Assembly: GCA_031961605.1 (NCBI GenBank)
Contig: JAVRLH010000001.1
Coordinates: 1-51,967 of the forward strand
DNA: 51,967 bases
Direction of reading: 5' to 3'
Origin: Thermoplasmatota archaeon
Lineage (GTDB): Archaea; Thermoplasmatota; Thermoplasmata; Thermoplasmatales; ARK-15
Position numbers and translations under genes: made by a program. This document shows, one piece after another, positions 26,901 to 35,541 of the stretch. Position 1 is the first letter of the stretch. Every line of letters begins with the position of its first letter. The notes below the pieces were generated by a model. That model was given only the letters and a program-made list of their open reading frames with translations. It was not told the origin of the DNA and did not search any database.

Positions 26901-27210
26901 AAGCAAGGCCTATAACTGACCATTCGTAGAATGGTGGTCTTGGATCTATAAATCCAACAGGATAGTTGAGAAGAGGATCATATGTTAACTGGTGACCTGT
27001 GGAAACAATGTAATATATTACCCTTTCATGGTAATAGGAGTCAGCGCCACCGGATATTCCCGCACCACCAAAAATACCAAAACCGCTTTCAACTGCAGGT
27101 CCCCAGGCGTAGTATGCCCTCAGAAAAAATCCAATGAGTACTATGGAAAGCATTACAAGGAACACTGTTAAATCCCTTTTACCTTCAGGGCTGATATCAA
27201 GCCTACCCAT
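20941..27210 (-). CDS. aglB: giant archaeal oligosaccharyltransferase AglB/STT3 fused to a long C-terminal array of beta-sandwich repeats and a terminal TM anchor
   Basis: The N-terminal multi-TM domain carries GGADSYYHER (EL1 acidic motif). WWDYG is encoded at about 25461-25475, followed by DNFQNGYQIAG. From about residue 880 there are repeated carboxypeptidase-regulatory-like units (e.g. GRVTLPNGDPLSNVLVTLYDQYG..TNSSGYYTVY), then CARDB-like units (VGENLTFVVSVKNTGNIPENVSF). The protein ends with a TM plus RRKKK. Confidence 0.88.
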   Translation of the reverse strand: MGRLDISPEGKRDLTVFLVMLSIVLIGFFLRAYYAWGPAVESGFGIFGGAGISGGADSYYHERVIYYIVSTGHQLTYDPLLNYPVGFIDPRPPFYEWSVIGLAYIFLPFAGSMMNALGYSMMLITAIFGALIAIPTYLIGKEAFNRRVGIISALLIATSASNMMRSVASWNGYDDVILFFAVWTFYFFIKALKSVNRTVWVDNYLSLSSWKNGTLKFFRENKLTVIYSMLAGVSFGTIQAMWQGFAYIEAIILIYLVIQIFYNKIRNVSSFHILWITIFFGLFSYPIGFPYFFITHMVSPWMSAPFYLLIFVILATLFFEFAQKWPWTFTYSIVIVLSIIAIIFVKIYYPSIINYALSGAGYFIKTPMYMTIAEAQSPTLGEIIMNASVGVFFLFVAGLFFMIYDIRKNKNEYYLFFVIFSLVSVYMAFAAARFIYNASPGFIIPAAYMLDIIVTKLHLEEIGKTFRAFNYSIRVAFRKSIKWTKVIAIILIAVFVILPNMWGAVDSAIPYNNKTVYDQQIYNVMPSYFKPQNYSGLWYLGAYGIEITTKQNDPWQNAMIWLSTQDSNQTSQYRPAFLSWWDYGFQEIEEGQHPTVADNFQNGYQIAGQFLTTQNESNAISLLIARILDAALYNSSMANQVEKILIQYLGAQEEQNILNYYFNISKNPSYYINLVLSNPQKYGNYTNNLTTINAKYALVKGDLSQYPENVLVDLYVNLERVTGYSIEYFGVDYRLFPISGTQTGIFYAPAFLSDRPTQIINGQFIPTEYYNILAENISGNTYPLNAVPPTAQIVNYVISYNPAFFNTMLYRIYVGYSGLNVGIGPYIPGLSNQTRYYPIMPAWNLTHFEVVYSTSFWNPYKDYQNHTNAWKAVSLQEAYYLQQTNNGTVLLFPPGNELLPANVVLVKFYPGAIIQGRVTLPNGDPLSNVLVTLYDQYGIPHTYTYTNSSGYYTVYAVAGNDTLIVSTNGNMNKLYLHESTILNETKIFVSENQALRISTGIQPNGNPSYILTKNFIVNSSNIDGMVYYNIMKNNTYMPGDYIPSGSTLHLTNTTYSLNYSAKVSKSGYYRINNIIPHTYNISVEINGSYYNVGNVTVNQNQNITHDVVIYPDKITGTVSYQNGRAAKNVTVWAYGMQKYETKTDQYGSYTLYILPGSYRVNVEKLGYYSSYQVASFSSFNSSSTLNFNILTAYTLNGTVLLNNKPASGAIVRFTDEFTHENSQVVVTNLSGQFSLTLPDMYYSIYIDYFYNNDHYVYIGYYVPMKNSSLVFNLTNAVEFSGYVKYGKYPIPDAGVVLFQNNNFVRAYTNNSGYFSVYVPQGIYNLGVVGFNSSTSVPYAYYMKISIFSNVIYNITLQIARSVSGQAMTNSVVITHAVVFLKYNNEPYYVQNIQSDGSFHFYVLGNNFSFSAFAYGYNMKNIVSNLNYTINMIPTNVNVYGNVVYPSQYTGNIKIVFKSSNRTYYSNVSGNSYSVNLPPGNYSVYVITENTESYATPSEIYVNTSTYSLNENLDIKIFARVSVLTNLNNIYWFNTQGNLVNSGNNISIEPGIYTLYVFGGNLVYIGSQNITKNSFITLSYTYGNYVSINIKNYSKPLNMKIEYGNMVLIKPVQTFTELLLPTGYYRFSVENIVSGTVPYIYTAQNSTFVLGNTTVNLYVHGYEYLSSVFGHVYYSSNSLSWANVVLYNNRTYYTATSDSSGFYNISIPPGNYTVYVYYPGYSASYLGHVNVSIGKNVQFNINLVKGYNLNLFITYANRTYTGNVTLSGNGSFYNITALNGFASINLPQGYYTINAHTTNKEYGMKINYSLNYTVNLTRSTTMNIQMNRNTLHDIIMSDLSPTLTGNVGENLTFVVSVKNTGNIPENVSFESTEPWNVTFSQKSMNIYPDKTEILKVNVVVSDKMTIGVNTIEIRGIYNQSLISFTNIALNVTVYHNTTIEKPSNIVISGNSVLLNFTIVNHGNDFEKYNLTILNNIELKSLGWNYSIENNNITVGSWSQNTFTVKLTPISSTHALKVEVIVAAFSGNREYTSNYTLNIVYVQPVQSIVSNGNVTYVIPNLTLFLTELLIVTVVIITGFMLFVAFTRRKKK

Positions 27211-27300
27211 TATTTAATCACCATCCCCATTTTTCAATGGGATTAAAGACCACATGCCATATAATATAAAAAAGTTTTTCAAACAGAAACATAAAAAAAT

Positions 27301-27438
27301 TTAGTCTGATGTAAAAACCTTTTTCACGTTTGGTCTATCCTTGTAAAATATTGTTGAACCGCACTCGCAGGAAAGGTTCTGAGCATCAATCTCTCCTTCA
27401 AGAATCCTACCACACATGGCACACCTAAACCTGGACAT
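27301..27438 (-). CDS. rpoP: DNA-directed RNA polymerase subunit P (Rpo12/RPABC4), 45 aa zinc ribbon
   Basis: My translation is MSRFRCAMCGRILEGEIDAQNLSCECGSTIFYKDRPNVKKVFTSD. It lies immediately downstream of L37Ae, as in the conserved archaeal arrangement. It is below the ORF-track size cut-off. Confidence 0.8.
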   Translation of the reverse strand: MSRFRCAMCGRILEGEIDAQNLSCECGSTIFYKDRPNVKKVFTSD

Positions 27439-27697
27439 TCTCTCCCCTCTCTTTCACAATTTCCCTCTTTACCTCAGGCACATATGCTCCTCCAGCCATG
27501 GTATAACCGCACCTTGAACAGTACCATATGCCTGTTCCAATCCTTCTTAATGTTCTGTGGTTGCAGTTTGGACATGTATATGATTTTGTTCTTTGTTCCA
27601 TGATCTCCTTCCATCTCTTTTTTGTTGAAACACCATACCTTGGTCCGAACCTGCCTGCAATTCCTACCTTCTTTGTTCTCCTGCTCATTCTATTCAC
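27425..27697 (-). CDS. rpl37ae: 50S ribosomal protein L37Ae (eL43)
   Basis: KKVGIAGRFGPRYG and the zinc ribbon CPNC...CSRCG. Confidence 0.92.
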   Translation of the reverse strand: MNRMSRRTKKVGIAGRFGPRYGVSTKKRWKEIMEQRTKSYTCPNCNHRTLRRIGTGIWYCSRCGYTMAGGAYVPEVKREIVKERGENVQV

Positions 27698-28484
27698 CTT
27701 TTAATACATAACTTGTTCTTATATCTTGCGCAAGTTTAATGGATCTACCTATTAAAGATTTTACCTCATCCACCGTGAATGTACCCTCAAGACCCTTCTG
27801 TAATGCATGTATCTTTGAATCTTCACCTGTTGTTATTGTTATCCTTGCAGATGCAATGTTTTCTTCATCAATGTTTGGATCAACAACTACCTTATCACCT
27901 ATTTTCACAAATGTTGTTGCAATGGGATAATGGTTAACAGGTAATTTGAAATCCTCACCATAATTGTAATTCTTCGCAGGAACAAAAGAATTTTTGAGAG
28001 CTATAATGGATCCAAGTGCTGATGCATCAAATAGATTACCATCAAAGTCAAGAACATGTATATCAAGAAAAACTATCCATACAAGTTCACCGGGTTTTAT
28101 AACAAGTTTTTCAAGATCTATGGCCTTGCTTTCCCTTATTCCCCTATCCACAACCCTTGCAAGTTCAATTGCTTCATCGCCAGGTGGTCCAGCTTCAAAG
28201 GTTGGTGAAGCAAGAGGAACAAGTTCGGCGTTTGTACTAAGAACACCCATGTTTGGTGTATCCGGGAATGGTTCTCCGGGTTCTATTTTTATTCCAGCAA
28301 GAACCTGTGTTTTTCCGAGCTTTAACAAACAGGATCCGTTTGCCCTTGGTATAAAATTCTCTATAACTTCAATCTTTCTGTAATCATCTTGTCCCCTTCC
28401 ATCTACCCTTGAACCCAAAGAAAGAAGCCTTTGTATGTAATCTTTCTTTATTTCAGAAACAACACTTTCTGTGAATTTACTCAT
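27690..28484 (-). CDS. rrp42: exosome complex component Rrp42
   Basis: RNase PH-like fold without the catalytic signature ([15 protein letters not shown]...[15 protein letters not shown]). Position after rrp41. Confidence 0.9.
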   Translation of the reverse strand: MSKFTESVVSEIKKDYIQRLLSLGSRVDGRGQDDYRKIEVIENFIPRANGSCLLKLGKTQVLAGIKIEPGEPFPDTPNMGVLSTNAELVPLASPTFEAGPPGDEAIELARVVDRGIRESKAIDLEKLVIKPGELVWIVFLDIHVLDFDGNLFDASALGSIIALKNSFVPAKNYNYGEDFKLPVNHYPIATTFVKIGDKVVVDPNIDEENIASARITITTGEDSKIHALQKGLEGTFTVDEVKSLIGRSIKLAQDIRTSYVLKGE

Positions 28485-29227
28485 TGTTGATCCTCCTCCT
28501 GAGCCAATCCAACATACTTTTTCTTCAACGCATCTTTCTGAAGTTCATAGATCTTTAGGGCCGAATCTATGGACATATCAAGAGCTTTATTGAATTCATC
28601 CGTTGTCATATCACCATCCATTTGTAATAAAACTATTTCCTTTGTTCTTGGAATAATTGCAACGGGAAGATCCGCCTGTCCATAGTTATCCTCATCCTTG
28701 TTAAGGTCAAGAACAACAGTGTCCTCAATTTTTCCAGAAGCGCATCCTGATATAAGATCCCTCATGGGTATACCTGCATCAGCAAGCGCAACGGATGCTG
28801 CTGTAAGACCTGCAATCCTTGTTCCCGCATCAGCCTGAAGTACCTCAATAAACACGTCTATGCTTGTCCTTGGGAACTGTTCGAGAAAAACGACTGAGCT
28901 TAGAGCATTGGATATAACAAGAGAAAGTTCAATTGACCTCCTATCCGGTCCTGGCTTTTTCCTTTCATCAACAGAGAATGCTGCCATATTGTACCTTGCT
29001 CTTAAAACTGCCTTGCTCGGATCCTGTAGATGCTTTGGATAAACCTCTCTGGGCCCATAAACTGCAGCAATGATCTTGTTGTTCCCCCATTCTATATAGG
29101 CAGAACCATCTGCTCTTTCAAGAACACCTGCCTCAATTTTAATTGGCCTTAATTCGTTGTAAAGCCTTCCGTCGACCCTTCTACCATTTTCATCAATAAG
29201 TTTTACATCACTTTTCATTCCACCCAT
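28481..29227 (-). CDS. rrp41: exosome complex exonuclease Rrp41 (RNase PH family)
   Basis: [45 protein letters not shown]. Confidence 0.92.
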   Translation of the reverse strand: MGGMKSDVKLIDENGRRVDGRLYNELRPIKIEAGVLERADGSAYIEWGNNKIIAAVYGPREVYPKHLQDPSKAVLRARYNMAAFSVDERKKPGPDRRSIELSLVISNALSSVVFLEQFPRTSIDVFIEVLQADAGTRIAGLTAASVALADAGIPMRDLISGCASGKIEDTVVLDLNKDEDNYGQADLPVAIIPRTKEIVLLQMDGDMTTDEFNKALDMSIDSALKIYELQKDALKKKYVGLAQEEDQQ

Positions 29228-29228
29228 A

Positions 29229-29909
29229 TCAATCTACCTTCTTTGAGTTTGAAAGAAATTCTTTTACTCTATCAGTCAAACCAATTGTGTGTGCCTCTTT
29301 CTCAATCATTCTTATTGCACCAACAACCTTCATGATATCATCAATTTTACCATCAATCCAGATTACACCGTTCTGACCAACATATATCTTTGTGTTTGTT
29401 AAATCCTTAAGAACCTTGATCATGGATCCATCCTTCCCTATTATTCTTGGAACCTTTGTTGGTGAAACTATTATAACATGGCCACCTTCAAGTTTCCTCA
29501 GACCCTGATCTTTAAGTGTGAGCCATACCTGTTTCACTTCATTCACACTTGATACCTTTGCAAGTATCGTGTCACCAACGTTCAAATACTTGCCCGTGTC
29601 ACCAAACTCAACCTTCCAGGGTGTATCGTTAACATGTAGAGGGGCAAGGTATGGCGCATTTATGTCAATAACCCAGTTTGATGGGCCTAGATCAACAACT
29701 TTGCCAATTACCTTATCCCCCTTCTGTGGCTGATATCTACCAGATAATGGAATTATGTTCACGTATCCAGATTTTATTGACTTTACACCCAGGTATTCCG
29801 CGTATGCTACTCCATTTTCAACAAATATGCCATTTCCAGGTCTGTTACCCTGCAAATTTAAAGTTTCACCAGGTAAAACAATCTCCCTTATCTTTTCCAT
29901 TTTATTCAC
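29229..29909 (-). CDS. rrp4: exosome RNA-binding subunit Rrp4 (S1 plus KH domains)
   Basis: S1-like ([20 protein letters not shown]) and KH-like ([15 protein letters not shown]) segments, upstream of rrp41. Confidence 0.9.
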   Translation of the reverse strand: MNKMEKIREIVLPGETLNLQGNRPGNGIFVENGVAYAEYLGVKSIKSGYVNIIPLSGRYQPQKGDKVIGKVVDLGPSNWVIDINAPYLAPLHVNDTPWKVEFGDTGKYLNVGDTILAKVSSVNEVKQVWLTLKDQGLRKLEGGHVIIVSPTKVPRIIGKDGSMIKVLKDLTNTKIYVGQNGVIWIDGKIDDIMKVVGAIRMIEKEAHTIGLTDRVKEFLSNSKKVD

Positions 29910-30604
29910 CCTTTAACAATTTTAGTTTCAACATTACCATGCGTTTTTTTATTCAAAACATCATAGAATTCTGTCTGCATCCCTGCAGGAATTTCAATTA
30001 CCCCAACCCAGGATCCATCGTTCTGCCATTCCTCTTTGACAATTGTGCCCATTTTTGCAAGATCCTGGTAAATCTTTCCATAATTTTCACCCGATACCTT
30101 TATACCAATCTTTATTTTTTCAATCCTTATTGGTATTATAGCCTTTATTTCTTTCAGGACAATAGGTATCTGTTCCTCAACACTCTTCATTGGATCAATA
30201 TGAACCTTTGCCTCCTCCATGGCCTTTTCTATTCTCTGTGGTGGATGGGGCGCATTTGTCTGTGGGTTTATTGCATTCTTTGCAATCTCTGCAACAATCT
30301 GTTTTTTCTTTTCCTCAAGCATCTTTCTTCTTTGGTCAGTTGTTAGCTGTACCTGACCCTTCTGGATTATTTGTTTTGCAACAGTGTTTATGTCATTCGT
30401 TCCGAATATTTCTTTTAATGTTTCATCACCCACCTTATCACCTTTCTTTGCATCCTTGAAAACCTGATCAATGACCATGTAATCAACAATGTTAACATCC
30501 TTTCCTTCTTTTATTAAATCAACAACCTTTGGATCTATAAGTATTTCAAGCCTGTGCCCCTTAAATTCATACCTTGCAATTACAGCATCCTCTATCCTTA
30601 CCAT
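29906..30604 (-). CDS. SBDS (Shwachman-Bodian-Diamond) family ribosome maturation protein
   Basis: N-terminal FYSH-like domain ([18 protein letters not shown]...VFKDAKKGD). Canonical position between psmA and rrp4. Confidence 0.88.
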   Translation of the reverse strand: MVRIEDAVIARYEFKGHRLEILIDPKVVDLIKEGKDVNIVDYMVIDQVFKDAKKGDKVGDETLKEIFGTNDINTVAKQIIQKGQVQLTTDQRRKMLEEKKKQIVAEIAKNAINPQTNAPHPPQRIEKAMEEAKVHIDPMKSVEEQIPIVLKEIKAIIPIRIEKIKIGIKVSGENYGKIYQDLAKMGTIVKEEWQNDGSWVGVIEIPAGMQTEFYDVLNKKTHGNVETKIVKG

Positions 30605-30617
30605 ATGTACCCACTTT

Positions 30618-31328
30618 TCATACTTTTGAAATCAATGGTTGTACCTCTTCCTGGCTCATTATTCTGAATTTTTTACCCTTTGTTATCACACCAATTTCAA
30701 CGTTCAAGGGCTGTGATTGATCTTCACTAACCATCTTAAGTGCCTTAAGTGCCAGAACAATTGAATCCTCCATTGAAAGGTTGTCCTGATATTCCTTTTC
30801 GAAAAATGCCATAATTGTGTCCCTGCCCTTTCCAATGCATGTTGCCTTGTAACCAGTGAACGCACCACTGGGTTCTGTTTCAAAGAGATAAATATCTGAA
30901 TCGTCAATACCTGCTATGAGCAATGATGTTCCAAATGGTCTTACTCCTCCATACTGTGTGTACTGCTGAACATAATCGCTTATTTTTTTAACAAGTGACT
31001 CAACCTTTATCATTTCGTTGTAAGTTACCTTCTCAACCTGGGCTGTTACCCTTGCATAATCAACAAGTATCCTTGCATCCGCCATAAGACCTGAGGATGC
31101 AGCACCTATGTGATCATCCACAATGTATATTTTTTCAATACTTTTAGGTTCAATCAACCTGCTCCTCACCTTTTTATCTATAACAAGTGCAACACCATCC
31201 TTGAATTTTATACCAATAGTTGTTGAACCCATCTTTACAGCTTCCCTTGCATACTCAACCTGGTACAATCTACCTTCAGGTGAAAATACTGTTATTGCAC
31301 GATCATAAGCCATTTGTGCTGGTTGCAT
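30618..31328 (-). CDS. psmA: proteasome subunit alpha
   Basis: [27 protein letters not shown] signature. Overall it is close to the Thermoplasma alpha subunit as I recall it. Confidence 0.95.
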   Translation of the reverse strand: MQPAQMAYDRAITVFSPEGRLYQVEYAREAVKMGSTTIGIKFKDGVALVIDKKVRSRLIEPKSIEKIYIVDDHIGAASSGLMADARILVDYARVTAQVEKVTYNEMIKVESLVKKISDYVQQYTQYGGVRPFGTSLLIAGIDDSDIYLFETEPSGAFTGYKATCIGKGRDTIMAFFEKEYQDNLSMEDSIVLALKALKMVSEDQSQPLNVEIGVITKGKKFRIMSQEEVQPLISKV

Positions 31329-31370
31329 ATATTCATCACCTCATATTTCAAATGATAAACATTTTTCTCC

Positions 31371-32408
31371 TTATAAATCTTTCATTCTGAAAACTGATAA
31401 GATCTTTTTGTAAGGCATTTTTGTTTTTATGCCCAATGGATGAAACTGTGTTCTTGATGCTTCATAACCCTCTTCATTTATTATCTTAATGAAATTATCA
31501 ATCTTTGGAATGTTTCTACCTGATCTTTTTGAAATCTCTTCAAGTGAATAAAAAAAGAGATTGTTCTCAAGTTTTGACATTTTTATCAAATTTTCAATAC
31601 TTTCTTTTTTCTCAATATAATCATCAACCTTTAATTTTTTAAGAAAAGAATCATTGTGCAATTTTCCAATCCATAAGGGCCCTATTTTTTTGTTTCCAAG
31701 ATCATATATCTCCTGTATTTTTTCAAGCATTGTGAATGATTTTTTTGAACCCTTTTCAACCCTGAAGAATATTCTGTAATAGTAACCACCAAAGTATGTC
31801 ATTATTGGATCCATGAAGAGCTCATATTCCATACATTTTTCTGCAACATATTTCCAGAGTATTCTTATTCCTATTTCATGCTTCAAAAAATTTCTTTTTG
31901 TTTCAGAATGGTAGAGCATTAATGACTTTTTTCTGTTTGTACCTGCAAGGTTCGGTAGGTCTGTTGCAGTTATGCCTATTATTCCATTGTTCCTTATGGA
32001 TTTCAGGGCTAGATCAATGAATGGAACAGGCGAACCATAGGGATCAATATCAATGTAATCGAACTTTTTTTTAGGAAAACAGATTTCTGCATCATAATCT
32101 GTTATTTCTGCATTGGAATTATTCAATTCCTTATTTCTCAATATGAATTTTCTTGCAAATGGATTCTTTTCATTTATTGTAACGTTTGCATTGCATTCCT
32201 TTTCAATCCTAAAGCCCCTTACTCCTGATCCTGCCAAAAGATCAAGAGCATTGAAATTTTTACTGAAATAATTTTTAAGGATAACAACAGTGAGATCCCT
32301 GGTAATCGTTTGCATTTTACTGTAATATATTCCACACTTTTTTCCAGGACCTTTGCCTGCATGAACTTCCGGTATGTCTAAAAAAACCAATCCCTCCTTT
32401 ACTATCAT
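31371..32408 (-). CDS. trm1: tRNA (guanine26-N2)-dimethyltransferase Trm1
   Basis: LDLLAGSGVRGFRIEKE SAM-binding motif, DIDPYGSP, and Trm1-like length. Confidence 0.85.
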   Translation of the reverse strand: MIVKEGLVFLDIPEVHAGKGPGKKCGIYYSKMQTITRDLTVVILKNYFSKNFNALDLLAGSGVRGFRIEKECNANVTINEKNPFARKFILRNKELNNSNAEITDYDAEICFPKKKFDYIDIDPYGSPVPFIDLALKSIRNNGIIGITATDLPNLAGTNRKKSLMLYHSETKRNFLKHEIGIRILWKYVAEKCMEYELFMDPIMTYFGGYYYRIFFRVEKGSKKSFTMLEKIQEIYDLGNKKIGPLWIGKLHNDSFLKKLKVDDYIEKKESIENLIKMSKLENNLFFYSLEEISKRSGRNIPKIDNFIKIINEEGYEASRTQFHPLGIKTKMPYKKILSVFRMKDL

Positions 32409-32410
32409 GC

Positions 32411-32953
32411 TTAAACCTGTTCACCCTTAATTATACTCACAATTTTGAATGGAATGATGTTTCTGTTCACTGGCGTTACCTCAAGTATCCTAACATCATC
32501 CATTCTTCTTATATCCTGAAGAATTGGATTCCTTGACTTTTTGTTCAGTGTCATAATCATATTCTTTTCCATATCCAGAATTTCCTTTATTTTTTCTGCA
32601 AATTTTTTCGATTCAAGTTCCATTTTCCCAATCTCATCAATAACAATAATATCCTTTTCCTTTGCCCTTTCAAGTGCATTCACACCAAGTTCATCAAGAA
32701 CCTTAACATCAACACCATACCTTCCAACCCTGTACCTTGATTGTATGTGTACCGATGCAAGAACAGCCTTCTCCTTTGTTGCCCAGTCCATTATTGTAAA
32801 ACCAACCCTTGTCCTGTTTTCAACAATTTCTTCGGTTATTATACCGCCAATTGTGTAATCCTTTTCCAAAAGTTCTATTGTTTTAAGAAGTGTTGTTGTT
32901 TTTCCCACTCCAGGTAAACCACTAATACCAACTTTAACGTACATATCAATCAA
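32411..32953 (-). CDS. THEP1-type nucleoside-triphosphatase (COG1618)
   Basis: Walker A GISGLPGVGKTT, Walker B IIVIDEIGKME, 180 aa. Confidence 0.8.
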   Translation of the reverse strand: MIDMYVKVGISGLPGVGKTTTLLKTIELLEKDYTIGGIITEEIVENRTRVGFTIMDWATKEKAVLASVHIQSRYRVGRYGVDVKVLDELGVNALERAKEKDIIVIDEIGKMELESKKFAEKIKEILDMEKNMIMTLNKKSRNPILQDIRRMDDVRILEVTPVNRNIIPFKIVSIIKGEQV

Positions 32954-33320
32954 CCCTTATTTCTTTAACAAACATTAGTGGATATTTCATCTCCTCAATA
33001 AATTTCATTGAGCAGTAAGCATGAACATTGTTGTATTTTATTACCAAATCGACCTCAAGCATATCTCCTGTCAATGTTAAATATTTGTAAACACCCCTGT
33101 TTTTCTTAATCATTTCCCTTTTTATTTTCACCTTACAGTCCTCAACAAAAGGTTGAACCTTTACACTTTCCTCAATTGCTCTTTCGAGAACTTCAACATT
33201 GTTCTTGTTTATCGGTGTGCCAACAAACTGATGGTAAATTGTACCCATCTTAATACCAGCCTCGAAAACTGCCCTTTCTTTATCGTTACAGTTGAAATAT
33301 TTTCTTGCAGGATCTTCCAT
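32946..33320 (-). CDS. mptD: archaeal dihydroneopterin aldolase MptD-family protein
   Basis: ERAVFEAGIKMGTIYHQFVGTPI matches my recollection of the MptD-family core. ~120 aa. Confidence 0.55.
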   Translation of the reverse strand: MEDPARKYFNCNDKERAVFEAGIKMGTIYHQFVGTPINKNNVEVLERAIEESVKVQPFVEDCKVKIKREMIKKNRGVYKYLTLTGDMLEVDLVIKYNNVHAYCSMKFIEEMKYPLMFVKEIRVD

Positions 33321-33354
33321 TGAGCATGGATATGCAATACAATCTTATTATTTT

Positions 33355-34842
33355 TTAGCTTTTCAAGTCCAAATATTCATCACATTTAACATCTATGCCA
33401 AGCGAATCTTTCATTTCCTCAGCCATCTTCATACATTCAACCTTTTTATTTGTTTTGAAATCAATACCTAAGAATTTGAGAATTCCTTTCGCAGCCCTGT
33501 TACCATCAGCAACAGCGCTTATGAAATCCTTTGTTCTGTTAACAGCATCCCCTCCAGCAAATATCTTTGGAATTGATGTTTGGCCAAAGGAATCAACAAT
33601 GATTTCATTATCCTTCATGTTAAACTTTTCTGCAAGTTCCCTGGAAAGGAATGAGACATCGGTTCCCTGGCCCGTTGCCTCTATGATTGTATCACATTCA
33701 AGGAAATATTCAAAATCCTTTATTGGAACAGGTCTTAGCCTTTTTCCAGAGGAATCTGGAACCATTTCATTTTTCCAGTACCTAATACCTTTTATGAAGT
33801 TTTCACTGTCTTTAACATATTCAATTGGTGTTGCCTTCCATATAAACTCTATACCCTCTTCAAGGCTTTCATCCATTTCTTCTTCTGCATTGGAGCTTGG
33901 ATAACCAGGTCTGTCCTCAGACCTTCTCCTGTACATTACATATACCTTTTCAGCACCAAGCCTTTTGGCTGTTCTTGCAGAATCCATGGCTGTGAACCCT
34001 CCTCCTATTATTGTGACAATTTTTCCAATCTTCACTTCCTGTCCAAGGTTTGCCATTCTCAAAAAATCAAGTGCGTGGTAAACATATTTTCCATCCCAGC
34101 CCGGTGTACCTGTGGTGTGCCTTTTCTGATTACCAACACCAAGAAAGATAGCATCATAGTTTTCATATATTTCCCCAAAACTTATATCCTTACCAACATG
34201 TGTGTTGAAATGGAATTCTACACCTGCATTCTTTATGAAACTGTACTCTTTTTCTAAAACCTTCAAAGGTAATCTGTACTTTGGTATACCAACGTTCAGT
34301 TCTCCAAGCGGAACTGGTTGGGAATCAAAAACTGTGCATTTCACACCAAACATGGAAAGAACATATGCAACAGTCAGTCCTGCCGGACCAGCTCCAATTA
34401 TTGCAACTTTCTTTCCTGTATCATCCCTCTTCCTGTGCTGAATGATCTTTGAATAATCAGGGAACTGTTCTGCAACAAATCTTTTAAGATGCCTTATTGC
34501 AACAGGCTCTTTGTAAACACAGTTATCCTCACAGTTGTGCGTGCATATGTTCCCGCAGATCTCTGGAAAAGGAAGATCCCTCATAATGATTCTGAGTGAT
34601 TCCTCAAATTCACCCCTTGCAATCGCCTGCACATATCCAGGTATATCAAGTCTTGCAGGGCATCCCTGAATACAGAGGCCACACCCAAGACACCTTGATG
34701 CCTCCCTCATTGCTTCAGCTTTTGTATAGCCCAAAATAACAGGCATTTTGAAATCCTTTACCCTCTTTTCCACATTCTCATGCTTTATTGGGACCCTTTT
34801 AAAATTCAATCTGTAAATTAATGTTTCAGGCATAGATCTCAA
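33355..34842 (-). CDS. glutamate synthase small-subunit-like (GltD-type) Fe-S / FAD NAD(P)H oxidoreductase
   Basis: Cys clusters CLGCGLCIQGCP and CGNICTHNCEDNC, plus the two dinucleotide motifs IIGAGPAGL and IIGGGFTAMD. Confidence 0.8.
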   Translation of the reverse strand: MRSMPETLIYRLNFKRVPIKHENVEKRVKDFKMPVILGYTKAEAMREASRCLGCGLCIQGCPARLDIPGYVQAIARGEFEESLRIIMRDLPFPEICGNICTHNCEDNCVYKEPVAIRHLKRFVAEQFPDYSKIIQHRKRDDTGKKVAIIGAGPAGLTVAYVLSMFGVKCTVFDSQPVPLGELNVGIPKYRLPLKVLEKEYSFIKNAGVEFHFNTHVGKDISFGEIYENYDAIFLGVGNQKRHTTGTPGWDGKYVYHALDFLRMANLGQEVKIGKIVTIIGGGFTAMDSARTAKRLGAEKVYVMYRRRSEDRPGYPSSNAEEEMDESLEEGIEFIWKATPIEYVKDSENFIKGIRYWKNEMVPDSSGKRLRPVPIKDFEYFLECDTIIEATGQGTDVSFLSRELAEKFNMKDNEIIVDSFGQTSIPKIFAGGDAVNRTKDFISAVADGNRAAKGILKFLGIDFKTNKKVECMKMAEEMKDSLGIDVKCDEYLDLKS

Positions 34843-34894
34843 AAGGTAATAGTAAAATCAAATATTAACTTTTTCCACAAAAATCATTTTATAC

Positions 34895-35314
34895 ATGCTC
34901 CTTATTTTTATCTTAATGTTTGTAAGCATAGATTATTCAGAAGATATGAGATTCATTGCAACAGTGAACAGAGAGCATGGCGTGATTGTTGATGGTGATA
35001 GGATTATTGCACCATCAGCCATGGATTTTCTTCTTGTTGGTCTTGGATCCTGTACTGCGATAGATGTTGTATCAATTCTTAAAAAGATGAGGGAAAATTT
35101 TAGAACATTAAAGGTTGAAGTGAATGGTGAAAGATCTCAGGATTTCCCAAAAGTATATACAAAAGTAACACTGAAATACATTGTATATGGGAAGGTTGAT
35201 GAGGAAAACCTAAAAAAAGCAATTGAACTTTCGCAGAACAAGTACTGTTCCGCAAGTATAATGTTCAAAAGATCTGGGACAGAACTGGAATATTCATATG
35301 AAATAATTGATTAA
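34895..35314 (+). CDS. OsmC/Ohr-family protein
   Basis: LVGLGSCTAIDV and YCSAS motifs. The start is probably the ATG at 34946 (MRFIATVN). Confidence 0.8.
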   Translation: MLLIFILMFVSIDYSEDMRFIATVNREHGVIVDGDRIIAPSAMDFLLVGLGSCTAIDVVSILKKMRENFRTLKVEVNGERSQDFPKVYTKVTLKYIVYGKVDEENLKKAIELSQNKYCSASIMFKRSGTELEYSYEIID

Positions 35315-35541
35315 CCACCGCTCACAGGTGTCATTATAGCTATTTCATCATTTTCTTTAATCTCAGCATCACCATCAACGTACTTGTAGTTTATTGAAAC
35401 TATCATGTCATTGTTGAATTTGTATTTTTCATTTAGAATTGAAATCAATTCTCCGAGCATTTTACCATTGAATTCAACAATTTCCTCCCTTTTGTTTGTT
35501 ATATCCCTGAAAGCACCAAAGTAAAGAACTTTAACTTTCAT
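35311..35541 (-). CDS. MoaD/ThiS-family ubiquitin-like small protein (SAMP-like) ending in Gly-Gly
   Basis: 76 aa with MKVKVLYFGAFRD... and a C-terminal AIMTPVSGG. 11-nt overlap with the AMP phosphorylase stop. Confidence 0.85.
   Translation of the reverse strand: MKVKVLYFGAFRDITNKREEIVEFNGKMLGELISILNEKYKFNNDMIVSINYKYVDGDAEIKENDEIAIMTPVSGG

Noticed and set aside
29678-30346. 222-aa plus-strand ORF
   Set aside because: It is antisense to rrp4 and the SBDS gene, both of which have unambiguous conserved sequences. The translation is low complexity.
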